64,000 nucleotides of DNA, from the NCBI RefSeq assembly GCF_009914755.1, contig NC_060938.1; one strand, given 5' to 3'. Position numbers and translations under genes: made by a program. The notes beneath the pieces are model-generated. The model ran no database searches. It was given only the letters and a program-made list of their open reading frames with translations, and was not told where the DNA came from. Origin of the DNA: the human T2T-CHM13v2.0 reference genome, Homo sapiens. The stretch's first letter is position 1, and each line of letters opens with the position of its first letter. Below are positions 44,080 through 57,437 of the stretch, one piece after another.

Positions 44080-44330
44080 ATATGTTTTGAGAAATGGTTG
44101 AAGAAACTGCAATTGTTTAGATTACAGAAAAAATTGGGGAGGCATAGAACTGTCTTTAGCTATTTGCAGGATTGGTGCTGGCTTTCTTTGTGAGGAAGAA
44201 TGTCTAAGCAGAAGATGTGGACAAAGAACGGTTGGACTGCTTGGCAGAGCCATGAGCTTCCCAGCCATCAAAAGTATTCAAGCAGATGCCGATGGTTGTC
44301 AGACAGGGTGGTATACAGTGAGGTCCTCCT
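44080..44330 (+). mobile_element. L3/CR1 fragment
   Basis: gaaatggttgaagaaactg...tgagcttcccagccatcaaaagtattcaagcag. Confidence 0.55.
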
Positions 44331-44551
44331 TCATTTGGTGAGTTGTTGGAGGTTCTTGGTTGGGAGGAGAGTACTACTGCTGCAAAGAGTGGATGCTGTG
44401 ATTCTATGTAAGATGGTCTCAGGGAGAAGCAGCAGAGAATGGTAAAGCCAGTACCGTCAGAATGCACGGAGAATCCTGGGCTCTGGTCTCAGCTCTGCTA
44501 CAATATTGCTGGGTATTTTCGGTGGATCTTTTGGCCTCTGACTTTAGTCCT

Positions 44552-44553
<2 letters not shown>

Positions 44554-44597
<44 letters not shown>
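44554..44597. repeat. (GT)22 microsatellite within a MIR-like fragment
   Basis: Direct reading. Confidence 0.97.
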
Positions 44598-44600
<3 letters not shown>

Positions 44601-44939
44601 TGTAAAATGAAGGGTTGAGTCAAAGTCCTCCAGGGTTCCTTCTAAATTAACAGTTTTAAGATAATAGTTTTCTTAGCCTGCACATTTGATAGTTGACACA
44701 GCCCCAGAACCACTGAGGCACCTAAAGCATAGGACAAGAGCAGCAGAGCCATGTGCTTGTTAGAGCCAACAAGGACACACTACTTATGGGATTAATTTTC
44801 TTGAGGAATCTTCCAGAGATATATCTCATTCCATACTCTTATTCAGTGACAGTTTACTGATAGGGTTATTGTGCATAAAATGACTTAAAGCAAAATGTAA
44901 TCCTGGAGGTTATACTTTTTTGTTCAATTAAAGTAACAT

Positions 44940-46180
44940 GGATCTATTAGGATTAAGGCATCAGGAATATGATGATGAATAATAAGATGCCTTCTCTGGC
45001 TTCAATAAACTACAGCCTCGTGGGGATAACAGCTGGATTAAACTAACAATGATGCACTTAAATGAGCTTAGTGTAAAGGCACAAGCATTGTGCAAAGGGT
45101 GCATTCATCCCTTCTGCCAGGTGGGACTTGGATAGGCTTTGTAGAGGCGTTGACTTTCCAGAGGGTCCTAACAACATGAGTAGGACTTTACCTGTGGAGA
45201 AAGTTTATTCCAGGGACAGTGATTATTATGAGGCAATGCACAAAAGTTTGGAAGTACTTGGTGTGTTTAGAAAAATGAGTAATCTGGTGAGGCTAAGCAT
45301 AAAGTATCTGGAAGGTCTGCTTGGTAACCAAACTGGAAAGGTGGTCTGGGGCTGGTTTAGAAAGAGTCTTGAATGTTATAATATTTTGAACTTTAAATTT
45401 TAGAGGAGAGCCCTAGAAGCTTTTAGGTATAACCATATCTGTGGCTCGTGTACCTAATTCTATTAGGGGTTAGTAGAATGGATTGGAGTTGTGAGGGATC
45501 TGGCAGTATCCTGCGTAAGTGTATGTGTGTAAAATAATCATTTTTCAGCCATGTTCGTGAAATCATCTCTATCTGAACCTCACTATCCTGTAAGTTTATC
45601 AAAGTAGGTTAGTCTAGCTAAGTCCTCTCCATCAGAGACCCAACTTATATTTTTGAGAAATTAAGGAGGTGAAAACTTGGGCTAGGCTTTTAAAAAACTA
45701 AAAAAAAAAAAAAATTCTAAGGGAAAGGAGATGGAGGACAACCTGAAACTGGAGGCTTTCACGGCAGTCGGGCCTCAGAATGGTAAGGGTCTGATTGAAG
45801 CACTCCGCTAAGAATGAAGTGGGTGCATATTTGGGAAGTTTCAGAGGACTTTTGAAGAGGAGAGCGAGTGAAGTCCCAGGCTTGATGATGTTAGGAATCC
45901 TGCAGGACATCCTGGTAGAGATATACGTGCCAGATTAGAGATTTGACATATTTGGTAGCACTCAATGACAGCTAAAGCCACGAGAAAAATGCAGAAAATA
46001 TGTGAAGGAATCCTTGTTAAAGTGGGAACAGTACCAAGCTCAGAATCTTGAAGATCATAAAAACTTTGTGAGGTGAGTAGAGAGGTGGAACTTTAAGAAA
46101 GTGGTTGAAGTGATAGGAAGAGAACCCTAAACCAGGAGATTCTGGTGATGACTTAGGCATACAGAAAGTAAAGTTGAAGA
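44940..46180 (-). mobile_element. Degraded L2 fragments
   Basis: ttattccagggacag; ggagagccctagaagctttt; ttctggtgatgacttagg. Confidence 0.5.
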
Positions 46181-46189
46181 ATAAGGATG

Positions 46190-46434
46190 TGCAATGTGGG
46201 TTCTAGCTCTTCCCAGAGGTTTGGGTCTTCTGATTTTAAAAGGCCATTCTGGAATCTGAGTGAGAGAGACCTTAGGAGGAGACAGCTGAGTCATCTACCT
46301 AGTAGATGGATGGAAATAGACCTTGAGAAGATCCAGCTTTTCTTGCTCTTACTCATGGCTCACCAAGCAACCTTTTGATCTGTAATTTCATCTTAAGTGA
46401 ATCCACCACCAGATACAAGATTGGTTCTAGTTTC
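46190..46434 (-). pseudogene. Fossil exon candidate
   Basis: attcctggccag|GAA; ETRTNLVSGGGFT*DEITDQKVAW*...RFQNGLLKSEDPNLWEELEPTL in one frame. Confidence 0.45.
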
Positions 46435-46720
46435 CTGGCCAGGAATAATCATTATAGTATAAAGGCTGGTGTTCTGATTTGTCACACATCTATGTGAAGG
46501 CACATTGACATCTCCAAGGCAAGACACAACCCTGTCCTCAGCACCTCATATCACCCTGGTTATAGAGTTAGTACACTAGACCAGAATCTCCTAACTCACA
46601 GCCAAGTACTCTTTTTATATCCACTATGTTTCTCTGCCTTTCAGCCTGTGGCTGTTTTAATTAGAATGAACCAGTCCACAGAGACTGAGTATCTCTGTGT
46701 GAACGTTAAATCTCATATAT

Positions 46721-46908
46721 TTTTTTCTTTTCTTTTCCTTTTTTAAAAAGAGATAGACTTTGCTATGTTGCTCAGGCTGGAGTGCAGTGGCTGTTCACAG
46801 GTATAATCATAGTGCACTAAAGCCTTCAACTCCTGGGCTCAAAGTGATTCTTCCACCTCAGCTTCCTGAGTAGCTGAGACTATAGATGCTCACCACACCG
46901 CACTGGGC
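46721..46908 (-). mobile_element. FAM (fossil Alu monomer)
   Basis: Monomer retaining gcagtggctgttcacagg, the 7SL-derived segment absent from dimeric Alu. Confidence 0.85.
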
Positions 46909-47107
46909 TGATTCTTGTATTCTTAACCAACAAAATCCTAGAATAGAATTTGGACTGTGATGGTGTTATTGGATGCGGCAATAGGTGAGGCTCAGCTTAA
47001 AGTCATCCTATATCATTCACAACTTTACAGCATTTGAATGATCTCGGTTAACCCATGTAAGTACTTTAGCCCCCTGTGATTCTGATCTGGTGAGGGTAGC
47101 TCCGTAC

Positions 47108-47212
47108 CCTTAGAGGATGTTCCCTAAGGAGGCACACTTTTCTGGTGAAAGTTCAGCACATAGCTTGCTATGAAATCAGGGCTTTGTTTCACAAGACTTT
47201 GTAACACGGTGC
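47108..47212 (-). pseudogene. Fossil symmetric phase-1 exon (105 nt)
   Basis: gtttttattcttgtgctttgcag|GC...AAGG|gtacgg; (G)TVLQSLVKQSPDFIASYVLNFHQKSVPP*GTSSK; one stop. Confidence 0.75.
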
Positions 47213-47399
47213 CTGCAAAGCACAAGAATAAAAACACCACCTTCTGTGCCTCAGAGTCCCAGTTTTTTAGTTCTTGTCTACTTTGCGAATTAAGAGGCTT
47301 TGACAACTCCCTCTTGACCTAAATGTGTAAAATGTTGCATGTTGTTTGGGCTGTTCTAATAGCTTTTGTTTGCCCCTTTCTGAAGTTATAAGGTCAAAT

Positions 47400-47961
47400 G
47401 TAATTAGCCCCAGATATCCACATCCCCACTGGGAATGATTTCAAGGAGCAATACATGTTAAAATCTATTTAAAAGCCTCCAACCTCTTTACATCTTTCAA
47501 AAATTGTTTACGTCTCTAAATTGGCCTTGATTCTGGAAAGGTAAATGGGGGAAGTTTGGGGGAGTAACTGGGTTGAGTCAGGTACTTGTGCTCAAGGTTG
47601 GAAATAAAGGACTCTTTTAGATGGGCCTGTAGTAGTTGTGTTTTCAGATCAACACTCATGCTTGCCATATGGAGCCAGACCTATGGCTTTCACAGCTGCA
47701 ACCCTTTGGCCCCATGTAATCTTCCCTTGATGTGTAGTGATAATCACCAAGTGGAATGCCTGGTACAGATGGCCTCCCATGCTTCAGTGCACAGCCCTTC
47801 TGGGTACAGATGATGTGCAGCAGAGTGATGTGGGCACGCAAGTGGGTGGAAATTTTCTAATGTGTCACAATAATAACAATGCTGAATCCTATTGCTGTTC
47901 AGCTTCCTCTAGAACTTCGGCCCACGTGGCAGCCTACTTGGTTCACAGTCCTATGTGAATG
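47400..47961 (-). pseudogene. Fossil exon, 3' end uncertain
   Basis: Acceptor gctaattgtctag|CA; the phase-1 frame continues for more than 120 codons with 5 stops (..ASMSVDLKTQLLQAHLKESFISNLEHKY..). Confidence 0.5.
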
Positions 47962-48109
47962 CTAGACAATTAGCAGCTGATAATGAAAAATGCCATGGGA
48001 ACCAGTGGGAAAATAATAGCTTACTCCAAGGATATAATGAAATGAAATTAGCACAGACAGTAAAACAGACAATTTATGGTGTCTTTTTTTGTAATTAAAA
48101 AGAACCAGT

Positions 48110-49000
48110 AAATACTTCTAGTAGAGAAATCTGAGAATCGATTAGAATCCCATCTGTTTTGGAAGAGGGTTTTTGTTTTCTTTTCCCCCAGAAATTAACT
48201 CTAGAGAAACTTCCCCATAGGAAGAGGTTCCTACTAAGGAACTTGAATAGATAAAGGATGCCGATTTTATTTGAATATATGATAGTTTTGTTCAATGGTT
48301 ATTACCTAAATGGTTGTTTGTGATCTGAGCTTTAAAAAGGGACACTAACGCTAGATAATTGGTTTTATTGGTTAGGGCTATGCATTTTTGCTCTCATCTG
48401 AAATATCTGCAGATTTTGAATGCTCCCAACAAACAAATTCTTAGTAACAGGGTGAACTTATATCTGTGGACAGGTAACCTTTTGAACACAAGAAAATGTG
48501 TTGTCTGAGAAGTTTGGGATTGAATGGGTCTTTCAGTATTCTTATTTCTAGATGTCCCATGTACTACTTAGGCAAGTCCTTAAGCATCCAGTTCTACACC
48601 TTACTTTGGGGGTCAGGAGTTAAAATTGGGAGAGTTTTATAATCATCTTTTCAAAAATATTTGTTTTAGGCTGCAAGAAAATGGTTTGTCTTTTTAAGGG
48701 TATTGGATTAGTGACAAACAATTCTGTTAAAGTTTTAGTCTCACTGTGTGGGCAGTCTTCTGTGAGTTGAAAAATAAAGTTACAAACAAATCAAAATTAT
48801 ATTTCACTCCAAATGTTTTCCAAATGCATTTGTTTTGGAGAGTTGAAGAAAGTCGGATGTCTTTCTTCCAAGATTTTTTTTATCTGTCTGAAGTAGACTT
48901 ATCTCTCAATCTCTCTCATTTGTAAAAATATTCTCTTTTTATGTGAAAGTTAAATTGCCCCATTGACTCAACAACCAATCCCCCAAAATAATGTGATTGA
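48110..49000 (-). pseudogene. Coding-like block, boundaries uncertain
   Basis: Peptides such as KTSDFLQLSKTNAFGKHLE, HGTSRNKNTERPIQSQTSQ, WEHSKSADISDESKNA, RKQKPSSKTDGILIDSQISLLE. Confidence 0.4.
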
Positions 49001-49089
49001 ATATTCTCTGACATTTCAACATGACATGTCTTTATTGGGCATATGTTCCTAATTATTTCTATAATTATATTATATTCAGTATATATATA

Positions 49090-49403
<314 letters not shown>

Positions 49404-49555
49404 TGATATTCATGCTGATTTTTTTTTTTTTTGGCAAATGACATAAATTGTACAAGGCTCATGTATTGCTTAATTAAATTCAGCAACATAAGCATGCCAT
49501 TGAAAACCCAGCCATCCAGAAATGTTGACTGTGGCCTTATGAACTGACAAATCAC

Positions 49556-49746
49556 CTTTTGCTGGTTTTCTATTCTCTTCCCCATCTGGGAAGATACAGG
49601 AAAATGGAGAGGTCTGCAGAGAGTGGAGAATAGCTGAAGTGTGCAGGGAAACTCAGACAAGTGAGGAAAGTCTCAGAGATTCACTCCATGGACTATTGGT
49701 GCATCTCAACCATTTTCATCATTAAATGCTGCTTCTGAGCCTACAT
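49556..49746 (-). pseudogene. Fossil exon (191 nt)
   Basis: ctctcctttcctttaatactcag|AT...AAAG|gtgatt; one frame (D)VGSEAAFNDENG*DAPIVHGVNL*DFPHLSEFPCTLQLFSTLCRPLHFPVSSQMGKRIENQQK. Confidence 0.7.
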
Positions 49747-50572
49747 CTGAGTATTAAAGGAAAGGAGAGCAAGTTTGCTGATAATTTTCAGCTTCTAGAA
49801 GTGTATGTGTCTGTGTGTGTTAATGCTAAGAATGTACATTTTAAACATGTAAAGCAGATAGGTTACTTAATTCTCAGAAGATGATGGACTTATTTCAACA
49901 CACATATTTTATTATATTAAAGATAGCACCCCATGTATACCCCCAAATGTTGTGTTCTCAAGTGTTTTGAAAAATGATTGGTTGCTAGTGACTCCATATG
50001 TTGCTATGTTTTATTTTGGAACATGTTAAAATCTCACTTAGGTTTCATTAAGCCACTTTTTTTCCTATTTTTTGAAAGGTCTATTTTTTCCTTCCAAAGA
50101 ATTTGTTTTAACATGTAGTTAACGTATCTTTGTTAGTTATTAACTAGGAAGAACATTTAAGTGGAATCACCCATTTTCCTAACTTTAAATATATATTTTT
50201 TATATTTCACAGTTTCAGAAATTTTAGAAAAATGACTGAGTATCTATGAATATTATTACGCTTATAATGCCTAACTAGCTCTGGATGTAGGACATTGGCA
50301 AAATAATATGCTGTGAAGTATCACAGACTTTGTTCTTCTCTTCTTTTAGTTCTAGAAGCATCACATAGCAAAAAAGGAAAATTAAAACTCTCAGTGTAAC
50401 TTGTTCTGTTTTAATTTTTAAGTGGCTTATTTAATTTTGTAGTTGGTTGTATAAACAACTAATATAGAAATGAGTCTAATTGTGCAGATATTTTTAATTT
50501 GTGTCCTTAAGTTGCTTTTTATAGAGAACAGACACATTGGTTGTCAGTGCTTAAAGGTTTCCAATTTCTTAC

Positions 50573-52117
50573 CTCCTTTTTGTTGATTGCAAAGAAAATC
50601 TGAACATAAACTGTAGTATCTGTGATTATGCTGGTCAAAGCAAGAGAAATGGTCCAAATTTTTTTTTTTAATCTCCTCTTTGAAAACTTCAACCTCCATA
50701 TAATGCCTGCCAAGTAGTTCTAGAGGTCTCCAGGAGACCTCTCTCTTGTACTCTGTGGACCAAGCCTTTTGTTCACAGCATTTGCTCTCTTGCTCTCTCT
50801 GGTTCCCCCATGGTGACCTCCTAAATTGCTGGTGACACTGAAAGTGACCAGCACTGTTGCTGGAGCCAATTGCTGTCTCCACCATCCTGTTGAATTCTGA
50901 GGTCTAGGGCCTCACCTCTTACTGCTGCTGAAATTGCCTTTGAAAACATCTCCTTGTTTTGCAAAAGCTGCTGATACCTAATGCTATACCTTTGATTGTC
51001 ACTTCCTTATCCTGGGACTGAAGGAGTCTGGGCTTGGGTCAACCTGAGTGGTAGACAGCTGTGCTGTACCCAGGTCACCTCTACTCTGACCTTGTTCACT
51101 GCCTTTCCTGGGAGGCGCTGTGGTCCTTAGGGAAGTGGATTCCTGGAGGAGAATGTAGTCATGCTGAAGCAAGGCCAGAATCCAAACAAAGCTTAGGTTT
51201 AAGTCAGGGACTTCTGCTGCATGACTGTTTGAAAACATCATAGAATGTTTCAAACTTCTGCTGCTTTCTAAATGGATGAGTGAAACTGAGGTTATTTCAT
51301 TGGAAGGAGAACTTTCAGGTTAATGGATACTCAAAGATGGGAGGGATCTATAAGTGGCATTTTAGATTTACCTCAGGCTTTCCTCATGTTTTTAATGAGA
51401 TTCCTCACACTTCCCACAGTGATGGCAGAAAGTTTATAATACCTGTGAAATTATACCTTTACTTTCTAATTGTTCATATTGTTTTTGCTCAGTTATCTGG
51501 TTCCCTCCTTACTATTTTGTTAAATAAACTTTCAGCTTCCTTTAATCTTATTTCTAGTTCTTGTTGTGAGTCAGATGGCTGCAATTGGTTAGCCTTTTTT
51601 TTTTTTTTTTTTACCCCTTCACCAACCATGGAATGAAATTTACAAACATCTAGTGACTGTGTGACATGCTGAAGCATCTCTATTTATGTCGTTATATGTT
51701 CTGCCTTCTCCTTGAGCCATTGCTTGAAAATCAACAGATGGGGCTATCCAGTGGCACGCCAGACATACAGTTAACTTTGAGGAAGTTTTTAGCATGAACT
51801 GTGTGACCAAACTTTACAGCCATCTGATTTCCAATTTAGTAATTACTGGAATAATTAGACGAGTTACTCTGCAGATGGCACTTAAATTTCTTGACATATG
51901 TGCCCTTGTCATCTATAGCAGATGATATATATACTGCTTTTCTTCACTATAGCATTTGTATATAGGGATGCAACATGCCTTTAAAGCTTCCCTGTCAAAG
52001 TCTCTAATTTTGTTTAGACTCAGATGCCACCTTGGCTTACACTGATAGAGCTGTTGGCTTGCTCTGTTCGGTGTTACACATTAATTGTAGCACTGTGCTG
52101 ACTACAATTCTCATGAC
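50573..52117 (-). pseudogene. Fossil large exon (~1545 nt)
   Basis: Strong phase-1 donor GGAG|GTAAGA at 50573; weak acceptor ttatag|GT at 52117. Peptides QPSDSQQELEIRLKEAESLFNKIVRR, PESSPSNEITSVSLIHLESSRSLKHS, SLRTTAPPRKGSEQGQSRGDLGTAQLSTTQVDPSPDSFSPRIRK. Contains stops and frameshifts. Confidence 0.7.
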
Positions 52118-55100
52118 CTATAATATTTAAACTTTATTTTTAATTCTAAATGTTGAATAATAAAATTGCAGAATCTTTAAATATGAAGGAAATAACTCTC
52201 AAACAAAATCTAAGGAAATTATGATTTTAAAAAATATATATATTTTGAATTTAAAACTTTTTTTGAGATAAAATTCATATATCATAAAATTCAGACCCTT
52301 TTAATAATGTTTTCAAGGTTCACCCATAATGTAGCATGTATTAGTACTTCAGTTTTTCAGTCTTTACCATAGCAGGATGGTATATAGTACTTAACTGATT
52401 TATTGAGGTGTGATTAACATACAAAAGCTGTGGGTGTTTAGTGTAGACAGCTTGATGTGTTTGCAGATAAGTATGTACCTGTGAAATGATCAAGCCATCA
52501 TCACTATCAATGGTATAAACTTGTTCATTGCCTCTAAAAGTTTCATACTGTCCCTCCCCACTATTTTGGGGGTGAAGTCAAGAGTACTTAACATAAAATC
52601 TATCCTTTTAGCAAATTTTTTACATATACAATACAGTATTGTCGATCATAGGCCCTATATTGTACAGTAGATCTCCAGATCTTATTTAGTTTGTATAAAT
52701 GAAACTTGATATTTGTTGAACTACAACTCCCCATTTTCTGCTCCAGCCGCTGGCAACTAACATTCTCTCTGCTTCTATGTGTTTGACTATTATAAATCTA
52801 TTGCATATATGAGATCATGTGGTACCGTATTTATCTTTCTCTGTGTGTCTTATTTTACTTAGCATAATGTTCTTTAGGTTCATTCATGTTGTCACAAATG
52901 GCAGGATTTCTTTTTTTTAAGGCTGAATAATATTTTATCTTATGTATATACCACATTTTCTTTATCCATTCATCCATTGATGGATACTTAGGTTGATTCC
53001 GTATCTTGGCTATTGTGAATAATACTTCAATGAACATGGGAGTGCAGATATCTTTTTGAGATTCAGATTTTAATTCCTTTTTGAATGTATGTACAAGCTA
53101 GATTGCTGGGTCAAGTGGTAATTCTATGGTTAATTTTTTGAGGAATATCCATCTTGGTTTTCATAGTGTCTGTACCAATTTACATTCCCATCAACACTGT
53201 AAAAGGGTTCCCTTTTCTTCATATCCTCCCCAACACTTGCTCCTTTTTTCTTTTATTTTTCGCTTTCTCTTTCTTTCATAATGGTCATTCTAACAGATCT
53301 GAAGTGATATCTCATGGTGGTTTTGATTTGCATTTCCCTGATGACTAGTGATTTTGAGTACCTGTTGGTCATTTACATGCCATCTTTGGAGAAATGCCTA
53401 TTTAGGTCCTTTGCCCATTTATTAATTGGGTTATTTGGTATGTTTGCTATTTAGTTTTAGGAGGTCCTTATGTATTTTTAATATTAATCCTTTATCAGAT
53501 ATATGGTCTGAAAATATTTTCCCTCATTCCATAGGTTACCTTTTCATTTGGTTAATTGTTTCCTTTGCTGTGCAGAAACTTTTTAGTTTGATGTAATCCT
53601 GTTTGTTTATTTTTGCTTTTGTTGTCTGTGCTTTTGGTGTCCTATCTAAGAATTGATTTGCCCAGTTCAGTGTTTAGCAGCTTTTAAAACTACGTTTTCT
53701 TCTAAAAGTGTTATTGTTTCAGGTCTTATGTTTAAGTCATTAATCCATTTCGAGTTGATTTTTGTGTGTGGTATGAGATAAGGGTCCAATTTCATTGTTT
53801 TGCATGTGGATATCCAATTTTACTGAACCATTTGTGGAAAAGACTGTTCTTTCCCAATTGCGTACTCTTGACACCCTTGTCAAAGATCAGTTGACCATAT
53901 TCATGTCTGTTTATCACTGGGCTCTTTATTCTGCTCCATTGAGCTATCTCTCTGTTTTTATGTAAGTGCCATGCTGTTTTGATGACTATAGCTTTGCAAT
54001 ATGTTTTGACATCAGGGAGTGTGCTACCTCTAGCTTTTGTTTTTCTTACTCAGTATTGCTTTGGCTATTAAGAGTCTTTTATGATTTCAAATAAGCTTTA
54101 GGATTTTTTTTTTCTATTGCTTTAAAACATGCTATTGTGATTTTGACAGGGATTGCATTAAATCTATAGATTTTTTTTAAATCTGTACATTGCTAAAATA
54201 GACAATATTTATTATTCCAATTCATGATCATGGGATGTCTTTCCATTTATTTGTATCTTTTAAAATTTCTTTCATCAATGTTTTGTAGTTTTCCATGTAT
54301 AAGTCTTTCACCTCCTTAAGTTTATTCTTAAGTATTTTATTCTTTTTGATATTGTAAGTGCAATTGTTTTCTAATTACTCATTCAAATAGGTCATTGTTA
54401 GTGTATAGAAGCACAACTGATTTTTATATGTTAATTTTTAAATCCTGCAGCATTACTGAATTCACTGATTAGTTCTAACAGTTTTTTATTATTTTTTTTA
54501 AGAGTCTTTAGGGTTTTCTACATAGAAGCTTATGGCATCTGCAGACAGAGAAAGTTTTAACTGCTTCCATTCTGATTTGGATGACTTTTATTTCTTTATC
54601 TTGCCTAATTTTTCTGGTTAGGACTTTCAGGACTATATTGGAGCTCATAGTATGGTCATCCTTGTCTTATTTTGGATCTTAGAGGGAAGCTTTCCACTTT
54701 TCATTGTTGAAATGATGTTACCTGTGGGCTTTGAATAAGTGGCCCTGATTTTGTTGAAGTAAGTTCCTTCTATACTTATTGAGAGTTTTTCAATTACGAG
54801 ACAATGTTGAATTTTGTCAGATGCTTTTTCTGCATCTATTGAGATGATTATGTGATTTTTATCTTTCATTATGTTAATGAGGCATATTTCATGGATTGAT
54901 TTGTGTATGTGGAACCATCCTTGCATCACAGGGATAAATCTCAGTTGATCTTGATGTATGATCCTTTTAATGTGCTGTAGAACTCAGTTTGCTAGTGTTT
55001 TTGTTGAAGATTTTTGTATATTCATTTATCAGGGAAATTGGCCTCTAGTTTTATTTTCTTGTGGTGGTTTTGTCTGGTGTTGGTATTTGGTGATAATGGC

Positions 55101-57119
55101 CTCATAAAATGAGTTTGGAAGTGTTCCCTCTTCTTCTCTTTTTAAGAGTTTTAGGATTGTTATTAATTCTTTAAATGTTTGTTAGAATAAACTTATGAAG
55201 CCATCTTGTCCTGGGCTCGACTTTGTTGGGAGTTTTTTTATTATTCCTTCAATATCCTAATTTGTCATTGGTTTGTTCAGGCTTTCTGTTACTTCTTGTT
55301 TTAGGTAGGTCGTATATTGTTAGGAACTTCTCCATTTCTTCTAAGTTGTCTAATTCATTTATATGTAATTATTCATAATATTCATTTATGATTCTTTTTA
55401 ATTGTAGGTTCAGTTGTAATATCTTCCCTTTCATTTCTGATTTTGAGTTCCCTTTTTTTTCTTAATTCAGCTAAGGGTTTGTTGATTTTGTTTATCTTTT
55501 CAGAAAAACAACTCAGTTTTTTCAGTTTTTAAAATTGTTCTTCCATTCTCTAGTCCATTTTTTTTCTGATCTTACCTTTACTATTTTCTTCCTTCTGCTA
55601 ATTTTTTGTTTAGTATTTTTTTATTTTTCTGTTTCTTGAGGTATATAGTTAGGTTTTTTATTTGAGATCTTTCTCCTTTAATGTACGTATTTATTGCTTT
55701 AAACTTCTCTTCTAGTACTGCTTTCCTGAGTCACATATGATTTCGTATGTTGTATTTTTTGTGTCTTGATAAATATTAATTTCCTTTTTGATTCATTCTT
55801 TGACCTCATAATTATTTGCGTGTATTATTTAATTTCCATGTATTTGTGAATTTCCCATTTTTTCTGTTATTTCAGTTTTATTTCATTGTGACTGAAAAAT
55901 GTATTTGTAATGATTTCAGTCTTCTTAAGTTTGTTAAGAATTGTTTTGTGACCTAGCATGTTATCCATGCTGTAGAATGTTCTGTGTGTAATTGAGAAGA
56001 ATGATTACTCTGCTGCTGTTGGGTGGAATGTTCTGTATGTATCTGTTAGGTCCATTTGGCCTGTAGTGTTATTTAGTTCTGCTGTTTATTGATTTTTTTT
56101 GTCTAGATGGTCTATACATTATAGAGAGTAGGATATTGACGTCTTTTATTATATTGCATTGCTACCTATTTTTCACTTCAGATTTGTCAATGTTTGTTTT
56201 ATATTTCGGGTGTTTTCATGTTTGGAGCATATATATTTTTAGTTGTGATAGATCCCTGTAGAATTGACCCTTTTGTCATTATGAAATGCCCTTCTTTGTC
56301 TCTTGTGACAGTTTTTGTCTTAGTGTCCATTTTGTCTAATATGAGTATAGCCACTTTGCTGTCTTTTGGTTACTATTTGCATGGAATATCTTTATCTACC
56401 ATTTTCCTTTTCAGCCTATGTGTGTCCTTAAATCTAACGTGACTCTTTTATATGTGGCATATAGTTAGGTCTTGTTTTTTGTTTTAATCTATTCAGCCAT
56501 TATATGTCTTTTAATTGGAACATTTAGTTCACTTATGTTTAATGGAATTATTGATAGATAAGGGCTTACTATTGCCATATTGTTAATTGTTTTCTGTCTC
56601 TTTTGTAGTTCTCTTCTTCCTCTCTTTTTCTCTTAGTGTCTTTCTTTGTGTTTTGATTTTTTTTATAGTGGTATGCTTTGATTAATTTTTTTATCTTGTG
56701 TGCATCTACTGTACTTTTTTGTTATGGAGTTTACATTGAACAGTTTATAGTTATAGCAGTGTATTTTAAGCTGATAACTTCAATCACATACACAAGTTCT
56801 GCACTTTATGTCTTCCCCCAACGCTTTGTGCAACTGACGTCATATTTTGTTTCTTGGTATGTTATGTTTTTATGAACAAATTTCTGTGGTTATAGTTATT
56901 CTTACTATCTTTTCTTTTAATTTACATTCTTGTGTTAAATGAGATTTACACACTGCCACTACAGTAGCACAATATTCTGTGTTTATATTTACCTTTAGTA
57001 GTGAGTTTTATATTTTCATATTCTTTTTGTGTTCTTTAGCATCTTTTCATTTCCACTTGAAGAATTCCCTTGAGTACTTCTTGTAAGGCAGGTCTAATGG
57101 TGGTGCACTACCTTAGTTT

Positions 57120-57378
57120 TTTTGTGGGGCTCGGGGGACAGGGTTTCACTCTGTCACCCAGGCTGGAGTGCAGTGGTGCAATCATGGGTTCACTGCAGCC
57201 TTGACCTCCTAGGCTCAAGTGATCCTCCCACCTTAGCCTCCCAAGTATAATAACTGAGACTACATGTCTATGCCACCATGCCTGACTTTTAAATTTTTTG
57301 TAGAGATGGGGTCTCTCCGTGTTGCTCAGGCTGGTCTCGAACTCTTGTGCTCAAGTGATCTGCCCACTTCAGCTTCCT
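57120..57378 (-). mobile_element. AluJ (5' end missing)
   Basis: J-type diagnostics. Confidence 0.9.
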
Positions 57379-57437
57379 TAACTCAGTTTTTATTTGGGAA
57401 AGTCTTTATATCTTTTTCATTCTTAAAGAACAGTTTT